Of a DNA stretch of 64,000 nt, positions 37,754 through 49,692 are shown in pieces; the first letter of the stretch is position 1; each line of letters starts with the position of its first letter. A program made the translations under genes and the position numbers. The DNA comes from Marispirochaeta sp. (GTDB lineage Bacteria > Spirochaetota > Spirochaetia > JC444 > Marispirochaetaceae): positions 832,001 through 896,000 of the forward strand of contig CAXXFF010000001.1 of the NCBI GenBank assembly GCA_963676835.2, read 5' to 3'. Under the pieces are notes generated by a model, which was not told where the DNA came from, ran no database searches, and was given only the letters and a program-made list of their open reading frames with translations.

Positions 37754-38404
37754 ATGAAAAGAACTGTACTGATGTCTATTTTTCTTATGATCTGTATTAT
37801 TTCCGGGATTACAGCCCAGGAAGTGGGAGGAAGCATTTCTTTTTTTGTTCCCCTTTCCTTAATGCAGGACGGAAAAGGCAGCGTAACCTTTGAAAAGGGT
37901 CTGGAGACAAGTCTGGGGCTGGGAGGTATCTTCAGTATCCCCATAGGCTTTGTCTATAACAGGGTGGACGGTTTTCAGGTTTCGGATGACACCCTCGGAA
38001 ATCCTGATTCACCATGGTTTTACGGAGACTGTCTTATGCCCTATGTAATGCTGAAAACCCACCTTCCTCTGGGACCGCTCTATCTTGAACTCTTCGGCGG
38101 TGCCGCTGCCAACTGGAGCTTTGTCCTGAACCCCAGGGTTGATATAATGGAAAAGGATGTTCCAGGGGTAGATGACATTGATGATATTGAATATTCCCCG
38201 GTCTGGGGCTTCGGATATCTGGCAGGCGCCGCAGCAGGCGTCCAGCTGGGCAGGATTTCCGTGGACCTAGGTGCCACCTGGAGAGATATCCGTCATACCA
38301 TGGGAATATCCTTCGACGCCGATGGATCTCCTGCACAGTATTCAGACGCACAGCTTCTCCTGCGGGGAATATCCATAGCCCTTTCCGGAGGCTACAGCCT
38401 TTGA
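37754..38404 (+). CDS. Putative small outer-membrane beta-barrel protein
   Basis: Signal peptide, amphipathic Gly/aromatic strands, C-terminal GYSL. Confidence 0.55.
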   Translation: MKRTVLMSIFLMICIISGITAQEVGGSISFFVPLSLMQDGKGSVTFEKGLETSLGLGGIFSIPIGFVYNRVDGFQVSDDTLGNPDSPWFYGDCLMPYVMLKTHLPLGPLYLELFGGAAANWSFVLNPRVDIMEKDVPGVDDIDDIEYSPVWGFGYLAGAAAGVQLGRISVDLGATWRDIRHTMGISFDADGSPAQYSDAQLLLRGISIALSGGYSL

Positions 38405-39123
38405 CGCACCTTTGCGGTATATAAGCGTGTAAAGATAAAAATCCAAACAGTCTGAACCGCAAATCCCCCGCCCGCCCAGGCCGTCCAGGGTTCTCCCTGC
38501 ATCAGCCTGACAAAGGCAAGGGGAGCCCAGAAAGGAGGAAAGATACCTGCAGCAAACATCAGGGGACTTTTAATAAAGTAACCCGCAGCCGGCGCAGCAA
38601 ACAAAATGCCGCTTAATTTTGCCAGGGCCATGGCCTCTACCTTGTTCCCTGCAAATGTGACCAGAAAAAGTGCCAACCCCGGAGCAGACAATGCATAGAG
38701 CAGTGAGAGGCTTACAAGAGGCAGTAAGGGCGCCGACATTCCTCCCTGTAACAGCGGAAGCATTCCAGACAGGGGGAGTGAGATCACTGTGGGGATGAGC
38801 ATGCGGCAGAATAGATACCGGCCAGACGGTATTGGCAGTACAGTCGTATAGCGGAGAATCCCGCCGTCCCTGTCATCAAGCATCCTCAGTCCGGCAACCA
38901 TCCCGTTCAGAAGCGGTGGGACCATCATCATAAAACCGGTAATAAAATAATGATATGGCGCCAGATCAAAGGCAAACCGTCGCTTAAGGATTTCACCTGC
39001 AAAAGGAACGCCGGCCCTGAGAATTACACCAATAAGAAAAGGGAGAACCAGCAGAAACAACAGTTCAGGCTCCCTGAACAAATTTCTCACTTCCCCTCGA
39101 AGAAGAACTGCTTCCTGCTTCAC
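38392..39123 (-). CDS. ABC-2 type exporter permease
   Basis: About 6 TM, LDDRDGG, A.NKVEAMA.AK; in an operon with an ABC ATPase. Confidence 0.85.
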   Translation of the reverse strand: MKQEAVLLRGEVRNLFREPELLFLLVLPFLIGVILRAGVPFAGEILKRRFAFDLAPYHYFITGFMMMVPPLLNGMVAGLRMLDDRDGGILRYTTVLPIPSGRYLFCRMLIPTVISLPLSGMLPLLQGGMSAPLLPLVSLSLLYALSAPGLALFLVTFAGNKVEAMALAKLSGILFAAPAAGYFIKSPLMFAAGIFPPFWAPLAFVRLMQGEPWTAWAGGGFAVQTVWIFIFTRLYTAKVRQRL

Positions 39124-39824
39124 ACTCCCTCCACAAGACGTTTTCTGAAATCCACAGAGGCCAGCCAGGAAAATATCCCCAGCCAGATGGTGGAATTGAG
39201 CACTATCACGGTTGCGGGAACACCCCCACCGGGACTTAAAGAGCCCGTCGCCCTGTCCATGAGCATCAGGCCCCCTGCACCGGGCAGGACGAGAAAAAGA
39301 GTATTACTGCCAAGGCCAAGATAGCGTATCAGCGGTAAACCCGATGGCAGGGTCAACAACCCGGCAATAATTATAAAACGTGCCAGGTTTCCGGTTCTGG
39401 TCATTACACTTGTACCGAGAAAGGTGAAGGTTGCAGCGCAGATAAAAGCCCCGGCAGCAACGGCAGGAAATGAAACCTGAAAACCTCCACCGCTAACGAC
39501 AACAAGAAGTGCAAAAAAAGTTGACACCGCAGAAAGAGTCAGGGTTCGCCTCAGGGTGAAACTGAAAGAGCTCAGAGGCAGGATCCCGACAGCTTTAATG
39601 GTCCCGCTCTGTTTTTCGAGATGCAGAGCGGCGCCGGTAAATATACAGCCCAGCATTGAAATGTCACTGTACGCCAGGGAAACCGAAACAAGTATGCGTA
39701 TAGATCCTGGTGGCAGAGTAAAAATCACAGAGCAGTAAATGAGTGAAACAAAAGCATAGGCCTGAATAAATCCATATCGGAACAGAAACAGCAGATCATA
39801 CCTGTAAGAAGAGAATGTTTTCAT
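39120..39824 (-). CDS. ABC-2 type exporter permease
   Basis: About 6 TM, D.S.LG..F.GA...LEK..GT. Confidence 0.85.
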   Translation of the reverse strand: MKTFSSYRYDLLFLFRYGFIQAYAFVSLIYCSVIFTLPPGSIRILVSVSLAYSDISMLGCIFTGAALHLEKQSGTIKAVGILPLSSFSFTLRRTLTLSAVSTFFALLVVVSGGGFQVSFPAVAAGAFICAATFTFLGTSVMTRTGNLARFIIIAGLLTLPSGLPLIRYLGLGSNTLFLVLPGAGGLMLMDRATGSLSPGGGVPATVIVLNSTIWLGIFSWLASVDFRKRLVEGV

Positions 39825-40693
39825 TTGAGTTTTGTACCGGTTATATCCAGAAAAACATCCCCCAGACTGGCTTCCTGGGAATGGACACGCTGGAGCTCTC
39901 CCTGCTCAAGACTCTTCAGCAAATCAAGAAAAGAGCGGTTGAGGCCGAGGCCATCCAGAGGAAAAACATCCGCCATCTTTACTCCTTGCTGTCGGTATTC
40001 AACTTCAAGTTTACGGGTGCCGTACTCTTTTTTAAGATTTTCCGGAGAGTCAACTCTGCTGATATCACCATTGACCATAAATGCGAGCCTGTCGCAAAGC
40101 CCGTCTGCAACAGTCATATTATGGGTGGTAAGAAAAATGGTTCGTCCCTGTTTCTTCAAATCCAGTATCAGCTCCATAACCATCCGGGTATAGGCCGGGT
40201 CAAGACCGGAAGTCGGTTCATCAAGGAATAAAAGATCCGGATTGTGAAGTATTGCCCGGGCCAGATTAAGCCTGGTTCGCATTCCTTTAGAGTAGGTAGA
40301 AACCCTGCGGTCAACATCGCTCTCTAATCCCAGTCTTTCCAGTATGAGATCAACATCCTTAAGCTTACCTCCATAAAAACCACCGAAATAGTGTAGATTC
40401 TCACGGGCGGTAAACTTCTCATACAGGTTTGGCACTTCAAAGGCAACGCCTATGCGTTCAAAGAGGGATCTTTTCCACAGGGATATCTCTTTTCCAAAAA
40501 CCTCGTACTTTCCACTGAAAACACTGATAAGTTTTATAAGTATCTTTTGAGTAGTACTTTTTCCGGCACCGCTTGGTCCGAGAAACCCGAATATTTCTCC
40601 CTGATCAACAGTAAAGCTGAAACCCTTAAGAGTATCCGTATCGTTCCCGGGATAGCGGTACGACAGATCACTGACGGAAAGAATATTACCCAT
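39821..40693 (-). CDS. ABC exporter ATP-binding protein
   Basis: GPSGAGKST, YSKGM, LFLDEPTSGLDP, TTH. Confidence 0.95.
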   Translation of the reverse strand: MGNILSVSDLSYRYPGNDTDTLKGFSFTVDQGEIFGFLGPSGAGKSTTQKILIKLISVFSGKYEVFGKEISLWKRSLFERIGVAFEVPNLYEKFTARENLHYFGGFYGGKLKDVDLILERLGLESDVDRRVSTYSKGMRTRLNLARAILHNPDLLFLDEPTSGLDPAYTRMVMELILDLKKQGRTIFLTTHNMTVADGLCDRLAFMVNGDISRVDSPENLKKEYGTRKLEVEYRQQGVKMADVFPLDGLGLNRSFLDLLKSLEQGELQRVHSQEASLGDVFLDITGTKLK

Positions 40694-41279
40694 GGCCCAT
40701 CAACCCCTTTGCTACAGAAGAAATCATCAACTCCATAACTTCATCGAAGCTTTCCACCCCGATGCTGTCACGCTGGAAGCTCAAGACCATAATAGCGCGA
40801 AAAAGACCGGCAACAAGGGACGGATCAATGTCCGGAAAGCTGCCTTTATCCTGCCAGGAACTGATCAGGGAGACCATACGTTGTGTATCCGCCTGTTGAT
40901 GGGCCGCAATCCTCTCCTGAGAGAGTTTTCTAACCAGTTGCGGAAACTCCTCAAGCTCATATAAACGCATAGCCACGGAACTATCACGAAAAGCCCGAAA
41001 AGCATTGAGCAGAATGCTCTTTAATTGTAGATCTGTCCGCGGCGGGTCTTCGTCTTCAGACATTTGCTTGTCCCGGATTTTTTCCTCTTCCTCAAGAACA
41101 GCAAAACAAAGATCTTCTTTGGACTGAAAAAACCGGTAGAAGCTTCCTTTTGCAATACCGCTTTCCCTGGCGATATCCTCCACCCTGCTTCTGCGTAACC
41201 CGAATGAGGAAAAATGCTTTTTTCCAATAAGAATAAGTTCTCTCTTTATTCTGTCTGCTTCATCAGAGGTAAATGCCAT
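40686..41279 (-). CDS. TetR/AcrR family regulator
   Basis: F...G.....VEDIARESGIAKGSFYRFFQSKEDL. Confidence 0.95.
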   Translation of the reverse strand: MAFTSDEADRIKRELILIGKKHFSSFGLRRSRVEDIARESGIAKGSFYRFFQSKEDLCFAVLEEEEKIRDKQMSEDEDPPRTDLQLKSILLNAFRAFRDSSVAMRLYELEEFPQLVRKLSQERIAAHQQADTQRMVSLISSWQDKGSFPDIDPSLVAGLFRAIMVLSFQRDSIGVESFDEVMELMISSVAKGLMGHG

Positions 41280-41288
41280 ACATACTCC

Positions 41289-41313
41289 ATGACTTATTTT
41301 GTCACTCAGTCAT
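41289..41313. promoter_or_regulatory. Candidate TetR operator
   Basis: ATGACT-N13-AGTCAT with an overlapping TGAC-N7-GTCA, adjoining the tetR RBS. Confidence 0.55.
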
Positions 41314-41323
41314 ATCATATCAC

Positions 41324-41352
41324 AAAAGAAGGCTCCCAGATAGTGGGAGCCT
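41324..41352 (-). terminator. Terminator of yajC-secD-secF
   Basis: AGGCTCCCA / TGGGAGCCT stem followed by TCTTTT on the minus strand. Confidence 0.7.
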
Positions 41353-41374
41353 CTAAAAATTCTGATTTACAGAA

Positions 41375-42706
41375 CTATTTTTTGGTTTTTCGCTTACCGC
41401 CGCGTTTTTTTCGCTCTACCACAGGGATTTCAGCTTTTTTTACCACGGTACTGTCAGCAGAATCTTCTGCTGTCTCTTTTTTGGCGGCCTTTGAAGATGC
41501 ACCGTACTTCTCTTCATCCCGGGACTGTCTGCGCTTTGCTGCGATGGAAGACCAGAGCAGAAGCACGGGAGAGGCTACAAAGATAGAAGAGTAGGTTCCC
41601 ACCAGGATTCCGATTATCAGGTTCAGAGCAAAAAGCTTTATGGAGCCGCTTGCAAAGATATAGATTGCCAGAACTGCCAGCAGAGTGGTGATTGATGTAA
41701 TCAGGGTTCTGCTCAGAGACTGGGTAATACTGGTGTTGACCACCTCCGGAAGCTTGGAGTCCTTCATAAGCTCCCGGTTTTCACGGATACGGTCAAAGAT
41801 AACGATGGTGTCGTTCAGCGAGTAACCGATAATGGTCAGAACCGCTGCTATGGTTGCAGTTGATACCTCAAACTGGAACGTACCGATAATCCCCAGCATA
41901 AAGGCAACGTCATGCACCAGTGCAAGGATTGCTGAAACAGCATAGGCCAGCTGGAAACGGAACCAGATATATACCAGGATCAGAACCAGAGCAATAAGGG
42001 TAAGGGTAAATGACTGACGCCCGAGGTTCTGGGAAAACTTGGGTCCTACATAATCAGTCTGCTTTACAATAACCTGATCAGCACCGTATTTGGCCCCCAG
42101 GCGATCCTCGATGGTTTTCGCCATGGTTGCGGAAAAATCGGCATCCTCACCTGGATCTTCAACCCGGATAAGAAACTCCTGATCCTCAGGAGCACCGACA
42201 ACCTGAATCATGGTGGATCCAAGTCCATCAAGCAGACCGCGGACCTCTTCGATATCGATACCGGCAGATGCAGGGGACATGTTGACCACCGCTGCCTGCT
42301 CGGAAAGATTTATCGTATAGTTGAGACTCAGCAGCTTTTCAGATTCCGTCTGGCCGCTTACAGCAAGTTCAACATTAACGCCGTCCACAGCACTGAGTGC
42401 AGCCGCAACCGCTCTCAGAAGAGGATACTCGGTATAGGAGATCTCGGTGATGCTGACACCTGCAGAGTTCCGGACCTCAACACTTATGCCGGTGGCAGCT
42501 ACATTGAACAGAACATCATCTTCGCCGTCATAACTTACATTCATGGCTACCGGGGCAATCTGAACCCGCTGGTTGATACCGGCGTTAAAATCGATACCCA
42601 GGTCGAATCCGCCCTGAACGACAGTTCCCACGATTCCGCCGATTATGACAAGCAGAGATACAAATACAAGAAAACGGAGTTTGGTGAATTGAATTACGCG
42701 CTTCAT
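41375..42706 (-). CDS. secF: Protein translocase subunit SecF
   Basis: LGIDF.AG, VGP, YIWFRF, HDV, IGYSLNDTIVIFDRIREN, GTYSSIFVASP. Confidence 0.97.
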   Translation of the reverse strand: MKRVIQFTKLRFLVFVSLLVIIGGIVGTVVQGGFDLGIDFNAGINQRVQIAPVAMNVSYDGEDDVLFNVAATGISVEVRNSAGVSITEISYTEYPLLRAVAAALSAVDGVNVELAVSGQTESEKLLSLNYTINLSEQAAVVNMSPASAGIDIEEVRGLLDGLGSTMIQVVGAPEDQEFLIRVEDPGEDADFSATMAKTIEDRLGAKYGADQVIVKQTDYVGPKFSQNLGRQSFTLTLIALVLILVYIWFRFQLAYAVSAILALVHDVAFMLGIIGTFQFEVSTATIAAVLTIIGYSLNDTIVIFDRIRENRELMKDSKLPEVVNTSITQSLSRTLITSITTLLAVLAIYIFASGSIKLFALNLIIGILVGTYSSIFVASPVLLLWSSIAAKRRQSRDEEKYGASSKAAKKETAEDSADSTVVKKAEIPVVERKKRGGKRKTKK

Positions 42707-44430
42707 TACTTCCTCCAGCTGATGCTCAGCTTCTTCATTTTCAGCGTTTGAAGACTGAAGTCAAAAACAAGGCGTGAAACGAAGAGTGCGGTAAACATGG
42801 ATGATACAATTCCAACAGCCAGAGTATAGGCAAATCCCTTGATGGGACCGGACCCAAGCTGACTCAGGAATATGGCGGCAATAAAGGTCGTAATATTGGC
42901 ATCCATAACTGTCCAGAATGCCTTGCGGAATCCTGACTTGACTGCAGCATCGGCACTCTTACCAAGCCGGTACTCTTCCTTGATACGCTCAAAGATAATT
43001 ACGTTGGCATCCACCGCCATACCGACGGTCAGAATAAGACCGGCAATACTGGTTAGGGTAAGGGTAAGATGAAATGCCGACAGAATCGCCACAATGAACA
43101 CCAGGTTCAGAGCCAGAGCCAGGTCGGAAATAAGACCGGCACCTTTATAGTAGATAAGCATAAAGATTATTACCGCAAGAAAACCGATAGTAATGGCTGT
43201 AAGGCCTTCGGCAATTGAATCCTCTCCAAGGGCTGCACCGATGGACTGCTGATTATCAATTACCAGGTCTACCGGCATGGCCGCAGTTCGCAGTACGAGG
43301 GCGAGATTATTTGCCTCATCCCGGTCGAAACCGGTCATCTGAACGCTGTTTCTGATAGGCTCGGAAATACGGGCCATGGCTTTAACCTTGTTATCCAGAA
43401 CGATAGCCAGGGTTTTTCCCTCGTTCGCGGAAGTAAGCTTGAAGAAGATATCTCCGCCTTCACTGTCGAGCTGGAAATTGATTACCGGTTTGCCGGTAAT
43501 ACTGTGGGAACCGACGGTGGCAGCCTGTATATGCCCGCCATCAAGGCCGACCTCTTTTTCCAGGACCACATAACGCTGGAGCTGGTCAATTCCGTAACTG
43601 TCCTTAACGTAGTAGCCTTCGGTTATATACCCTGCAGGAACAATATCTGCTCCGCGGATAGTACCGTCAGCATTGACAATTGCCTGAGGATTGTTACTCA
43701 GGTAACTCTGAACGGTTTCACTTATATCCTGTTCAACAATATGAAAGTTCAGACTTCCTTTACCCATGAGAAAGGAGTGAACCCTGTCAGGATCATCGGC
43801 ACCGGGAACCTCAATGGCAATCTGAGAATCTCCCTGCTTACGGATAGAGGGCTCGGTAAGACCGAAATTATCTATACGGTTGGTAAGGATCTCCATTGCC
43901 CGGTCAACGGCCTCACTCATTTCGGCAGTTGAGGGGGTGTGCTCAAGGCGCTCGGCAAGGCTCTCGGCATCTGCGGTAAGAAGTACCCGCATACCGCCGG
44001 AAAGGTCGAGTCCCAGCTGCATAATATTATTGCCCCGGGCCTTGATGGCAAGGAGATCTTCCCGGTAATAGTCTTCTATAACCGAAAAGAACTCGTTTTC
44101 TCCGGAGAAACCGGCCAGAACTGCTTCTACAGTCCAAACCTTGGGTATATCTTTTTTCTCGAGTTTATAGTTTTCCTTGGCTTTGTCAGCGAGAAAACCG
44201 TACTCCCCGGGAAGCTCCTCAGAAGGAGAAGAAGCAATTTTTGCTTTCAGCTCCGCGGCAATTTCCGCGGCCTTTGTTTTGGCATACACCTGGATCTGTT
44301 CACGAGACCCGGAAGCAAGATCAATTTTCTGATCTGGAATTAGAAAGTACCACTCGAAAGTTGGGTACAGAAATGCTCCCGATATCGCCAGCACCAGGAG
44401 TACGATGAAGAATCGGAATCGTTTGCTCAT
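42706..44430 (-). CDS. secD: Protein translocase subunit SecD
   Basis: LGLDLSGG, RID.FGLTEP, AIVLD, GMAVDANVIIFERIKEE, DANITT, GPIKGFA. Confidence 0.97.
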   Translation of the reverse strand: MSKRFRFFIVLLVLAISGAFLYPTFEWYFLIPDQKIDLASGSREQIQVYAKTKAAEIAAELKAKIASSPSEELPGEYGFLADKAKENYKLEKKDIPKVWTVEAVLAGFSGENEFFSVIEDYYREDLLAIKARGNNIMQLGLDLSGGMRVLLTADAESLAERLEHTPSTAEMSEAVDRAMEILTNRIDNFGLTEPSIRKQGDSQIAIEVPGADDPDRVHSFLMGKGSLNFHIVEQDISETVQSYLSNNPQAIVNADGTIRGADIVPAGYITEGYYVKDSYGIDQLQRYVVLEKEVGLDGGHIQAATVGSHSITGKPVINFQLDSEGGDIFFKLTSANEGKTLAIVLDNKVKAMARISEPIRNSVQMTGFDRDEANNLALVLRTAAMPVDLVIDNQQSIGAALGEDSIAEGLTAITIGFLAVIIFMLIYYKGAGLISDLALALNLVFIVAILSAFHLTLTLTSIAGLILTVGMAVDANVIIFERIKEEYRLGKSADAAVKSGFRKAFWTVMDANITTFIAAIFLSQLGSGPIKGFAYTLAVGIVSSMFTALFVSRLVFDFSLQTLKMKKLSISWRK

Positions 44431-44494
44431 GTTTTACTCCGGATGGAATTTGTATTTTAGGTAAGGCTGTAGAAAAACGTCCTTACATCAATCC

Positions 44495-44854
44495 TTATTT
44501 GGACTCGTCAGTTTCTTTCTCTTTAGACTCTTTAGATTCTTTAGCAACAGTAAGAACAGAAGAGATAGCGCTCTTGGAGAACTCAAGCTTGGTGTTGTCA
44601 TCAACTTTCATGACCACAACGTCTTCCTTGACAGACTGAATAACTCCGCGAATACCGCCTATGCTGACAACCCGGTCACCCTTCTTAAGGGCTTCGAGCA
44701 TCTTTTTCGCCTCTTTTTGCCGCTTGTTCTGGGGCCGTATAATAAGAAAATAGAAAATCAGGATGACCAGACCGAAAGTTACACCTGTGGTCATCATCTG
44801 CCCCGCACCGCCAGCTGACTGGGCGACAGGCAATAATGCAGAAAGCATATCCAT
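44495..44854 (-). CDS. yajC: Preprotein translocase subunit YajC
   Basis: FYFLIIRPQ.KRQKE..L.KGD.V..IGGI.G. Confidence 0.97.
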   Translation of the reverse strand: MDMLSALLPVAQSAGGAGQMMTTGVTFGLVILIFYFLIIRPQNKRQKEAKKMLEALKKGDRVVSIGGIRGVIQSVKEDVVVMKVDDNTKLEFSKSAISSVLTVAKESKESKEKETDESK

Positions 44855-45011
44855 TATTATCTCATACCTCTATTATCATGGGATTGCAAAAACGTAACAT
44901 GAATAAGTAAGTGCGGTCAAGGTAAAAGAGTTTTGTCAGGTCCGGGAACAGACCTGCAGAATAAGGGTACAATCTCTTATATTGACAACTTTTATATTCT
45001 TCAGTTTTTGA

Positions 45012-45308
45012 TTATTTAAGAATCCGCGGCTTCACATCATCGGCAACAGAGCGTACCAGTCCGAAAACCCGTTCGAGCTGCTCCGGATTCTCAAAAGAGG
45101 TGCCGGCGGCACTGTTGTACTCCACAAGGACAAGTTCTGCCTCATCGCGGTTTTCCGATTCATAGGCTGATGCCAGGGCCTGTTTATAGAGTCCAGCCTT
45201 GAGAAGTCCGGCAGTATCCAGAGCTCCGTTCTGTGAGAGAGCTTTACCGTCAACAATTGCAGAATTCCCCGAATAGCCGATAGTAAAAATTTTTTCTCCC
45301 CGTTTCAT
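45012..45308 (-). CDS. Hypothetical protein
   Basis: 98-aa ORF with a GGAG-containing RBS filling the gap between groEL and yajC. Confidence 0.65.
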   Translation of the reverse strand: MKRGEKIFTIGYSGNSAIVDGKALSQNGALDTAGLLKAGLYKQALASAYESENRDEAELVLVEYNSAAGTSFENPEQLERVFGLVRSVADDVKPRILK

Positions 45309-45342
45309 TGCCTTCCTCCCTTTTCTGTTCCAGTCTATACAT

Positions 45343-45371
45343 AAAAAACGGCCCCGCCAACAGGGGGGCCG
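45343..45371 (-). terminator. groEL terminator
   Basis: CGGCCCC / GGGGCCG stem with a T6 tract on the minus strand. Confidence 0.8.
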
Positions 45372-45409
45372 CAGAATAGAAAAATTAACGTATCAGGCAG
45401 AGCCCGGGC

Positions 45410-47101
<1,692 letters not shown>

Positions 47102-47227
47102 TTATTTGCGTCGGAATTGCATAGAAGATACAAATTCTCAATGCTTTCATCAACCAATACCCCCTAATATTTACCCTTTTTTTCCCTATCCCTTGACTTA
47201 TTTCAGCCTTTAAGGACAGATAAAGAT

Positions 47228-48862
47228 GTGAAGATGGGGTTTTTATTCTCCTGTGCCATAATTCTCCGCATTGACGGCAGTGCTGCCTCACAGAGCGGAT
47301 ACGCGGAAAGCATCAAGTCCGCCGCCGACACCGGGGGCATTCCATTAATATGGAACCTGTCGGATGACCTGGCCGGGAATACCGGAATCAATGATTTTCT
47401 CAGCAGCGGCAGATCAGGCCTGCCCCACCCTTTTCTCAGCGAAGAGGAATTGAAAGCAGAAATCCATCTTGCACATTCAGACACAGAAACGGAAACTTAT
47501 CCCTGGCTGCTTCCGCACATGCCCGACCTCTGCCGCGGCAATATACGAAGTATCTATAATAAAAGAAGCAGGCTTCTGCTGACCCGGAAAGACCAGGTCT
47601 GGATTATCCAGGGATCAGAAAGCAGAACCCTTCCCCTGCTGGAACTGGACGGAATGTCAAATGATGTATGGGAGAAAAAGTCTCTGAAGCAGTGCTTCAG
47701 GGATCTGCGCAAAAAGGCCCGGCAGGCGGAGAGTCCAGGAGTTATCCTGATTGATAATCCCGCCGAAGCCATGGCGGAGGAAATCTTTTCACTCCTTGCC
47801 GCCGCGGTCACATCACTGCATATCAAGCCCACGGACCTGTCCGGGCTGCTGAGTTCTCAAGGGCCGGAACAGCCTGGCGTGCCTCCAGCCCTGCCGTCTT
47901 TTCTTGAATCCACCGGCCTGCTCCGGGATCCTGTCAGCCGGCAGCAGCGTTCAGTTCCCTGGACCCTTCCTGATGAAACCAGACTGAAACGTTTGAGTGG
48001 AGACAGGCTGAAAGATTTCCCGTCAGAGGCTGATATACACGTAACTCATCGGGATCTGATCGCAAATATGCCCGGGGAAGTCTATATGTATGAAGGAGAG
48101 ACCGGGGCAGTTTTCAATAAGGGGGATCTGGCAAGTCTTTACCTGGATAAAAAGCGCCCCATCGTCAATGGTGCTGCCAGGGCATTTATACAATGCAGCA
48201 GAAGAGAATTACCCCGGCAGAGCGGCTCCTGCACCGTCCGGAGAATCGGAACCTTTTCCTTCGATGATTATCCCGCCCGGGGGCTCAGGGATTCACTCTC
48301 ATTTACCTCATCATCCTTCAGCTCTCCCGCCCGGATACACAGGGATTTCTTTTTTGTCTCCGGAGATACCAGACTTTGTATCTCCTTCTTTATTGAATAT
48401 CCCGGCATTGAAGATCCCGATGTGGTGGTTGAGTCCTTCGGGTTCATGGAAATACCCCTTGCAAAGGCTGCAGGAAAAAACAGCTACAGTGTGGAAACCC
48501 GCTACCCTGATGGAACAAAAGGCAGCTGCAGATTTACCGAACCCGGGGAATATCTGCTTACCGGCAGCAGTTTCACGTTTCCATCCGGCAGTGGTTCACT
48601 CACCCTCAGCTACAGCGAAAACAGTCAGTCCGTGCAGGAACTTCAGGTCTCTTTACGCAGGGGAAAGCTCTATCTCAACCCCCGGGGCAGCTATGCACCG
48701 GTGTTGGGTACTGCCCTTTCCGGGTTGAGGGAACAGTTCAGTATTGTCCTAGATCTGGAAAACAATGTGAAAAAGAGAGAAGAAACCGGACTTTCCAGCC
48801 TAAAACCCTATGTAGAGGCACACCGTATTTTCAAAGCTGTTCTTCAGACTCATAGGCAGTAA
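47228..48862 (+). CDS. Hypothetical protein
   Basis: 544-aa ORF with an alpha/beta N-part and a beta-rich C-part; no confident family. Confidence 0.65.
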   Translation: MKMGFLFSCAIILRIDGSAASQSGYAESIKSAADTGGIPLIWNLSDDLAGNTGINDFLSSGRSGLPHPFLSEEELKAEIHLAHSDTETETYPWLLPHMPDLCRGNIRSIYNKRSRLLLTRKDQVWIIQGSESRTLPLLELDGMSNDVWEKKSLKQCFRDLRKKARQAESPGVILIDNPAEAMAEEIFSLLAAAVTSLHIKPTDLSGLLSSQGPEQPGVPPALPSFLESTGLLRDPVSRQQRSVPWTLPDETRLKRLSGDRLKDFPSEADIHVTHRDLIANMPGEVYMYEGETGAVFNKGDLASLYLDKKRPIVNGAARAFIQCSRRELPRQSGSCTVRRIGTFSFDDYPARGLRDSLSFTSSSFSSPARIHRDFFFVSGDTRLCISFFIEYPGIEDPDVVVESFGFMEIPLAKAAGKNSYSVETRYPDGTKGSCRFTEPGEYLLTGSSFTFPSGSGSLTLSYSENSQSVQELQVSLRRGKLYLNPRGSYAPVLGTALSGLREQFSIVLDLENNVKKREETGLSSLKPYVEAHRIFKAVLQTHRQ

Positions 48863-49589
48863 TTTCTCCTGCATACAGGGGCTGCAGCCCCTTCCCCGGA
48901 ACCTCAAGCAGAAGTGCTCCATCACCGTCGAGTCCGGCCAGCCGGGCACTATACTCCTGCCAATGGTCGACGGAACCCGCTGCCACCCGGACGGATTCTC
49001 CCAGACCATAAAGCCTCATTTCGACCTCATCCTTCCACTCACCAAGAGAAAGTCCCTGATAGAGCCGCGGGAGGAGCAGCTCAAGCATGTTCTCCGGTAA
49101 AATGCGTTTACCGGTAATATCCTTCATTGAGGCCGGAGCTCGTCGAAAAGAATCCCCCCCTGGAGGCAGAAGATTCAGGCCCATACCGGCAAGGAACCAG
49201 TCCCCCCTGCCCTGACAGAGGATCCCCGCAATCTTTCCGCCTTCAAATAGAAGATCATTGGGCCATTTGATGCGGGGATGCAGACCGAAGTCCTCCTCCA
49301 GACAGAGCGCGAGCCCCAGACCGAAACGCAGCGAAAGACCGGAAGGCGAGCCGAACAGATCATCTTTATGCAGAAGCAGGGTAAACAGCAGATTTTCCCC
49401 GGGTGCCGAAACCCAGATACGCTCAGCTCCCCGCCCTCTGCCGCCGCTCTGAAATGCAGCGGTAATAACCGTCCCGGATACAGGGTTCTCCCGGATCAGC
49501 GCGGCCGCCTCATCCATGGTGGATACCGTCTCTTTGAGAAAATAGACCGGGGCATTGAAAAACGGGTTGGGAACAGGTAATTTCTTCAT
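48831..49589 (-). CDS. birA: Biotin--protein ligase (no DNA-binding domain)
   Basis: STMD, Q..GRGR..R.W.S, IKWPNDL, KIAGIL, GMGLN. Confidence 0.95.
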   Translation of the reverse strand: MKKLPVPNPFFNAPVYFLKETVSTMDEAAALIRENPVSGTVITAAFQSGGRGRGAERIWVSAPGENLLFTLLLHKDDLFGSPSGLSLRFGLGLALCLEEDFGLHPRIKWPNDLLFEGGKIAGILCQGRGDWFLAGMGLNLLPPGGDSFRRAPASMKDITGKRILPENMLELLLPRLYQGLSLGEWKDEVEMRLYGLGESVRVAAGSVDHWQEYSARLAGLDGDGALLLEVPGKGLQPLYAGEITAYESEEQL

Positions 49590-49636
49590 AGGGGCTTCTT
49601 ATTATAGAAGCTTCAATACCCCTTATGTAAAGAGGG

Positions 49637-49665
49637 GTAACAGTTTTCCGTCTTCCGGTTGTTAC
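49637..49665 (+). promoter_or_regulatory. Candidate ECF-type promoter
   Basis: GTAAC-N16-GTTGTT upstream of the ECF sigma gene; also forms a GTAACA/TGTTAC inverted repeat. Confidence 0.4.
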
Positions 49666-49692
49666 ATACATTGAGAATACAGAACAGCCGTC

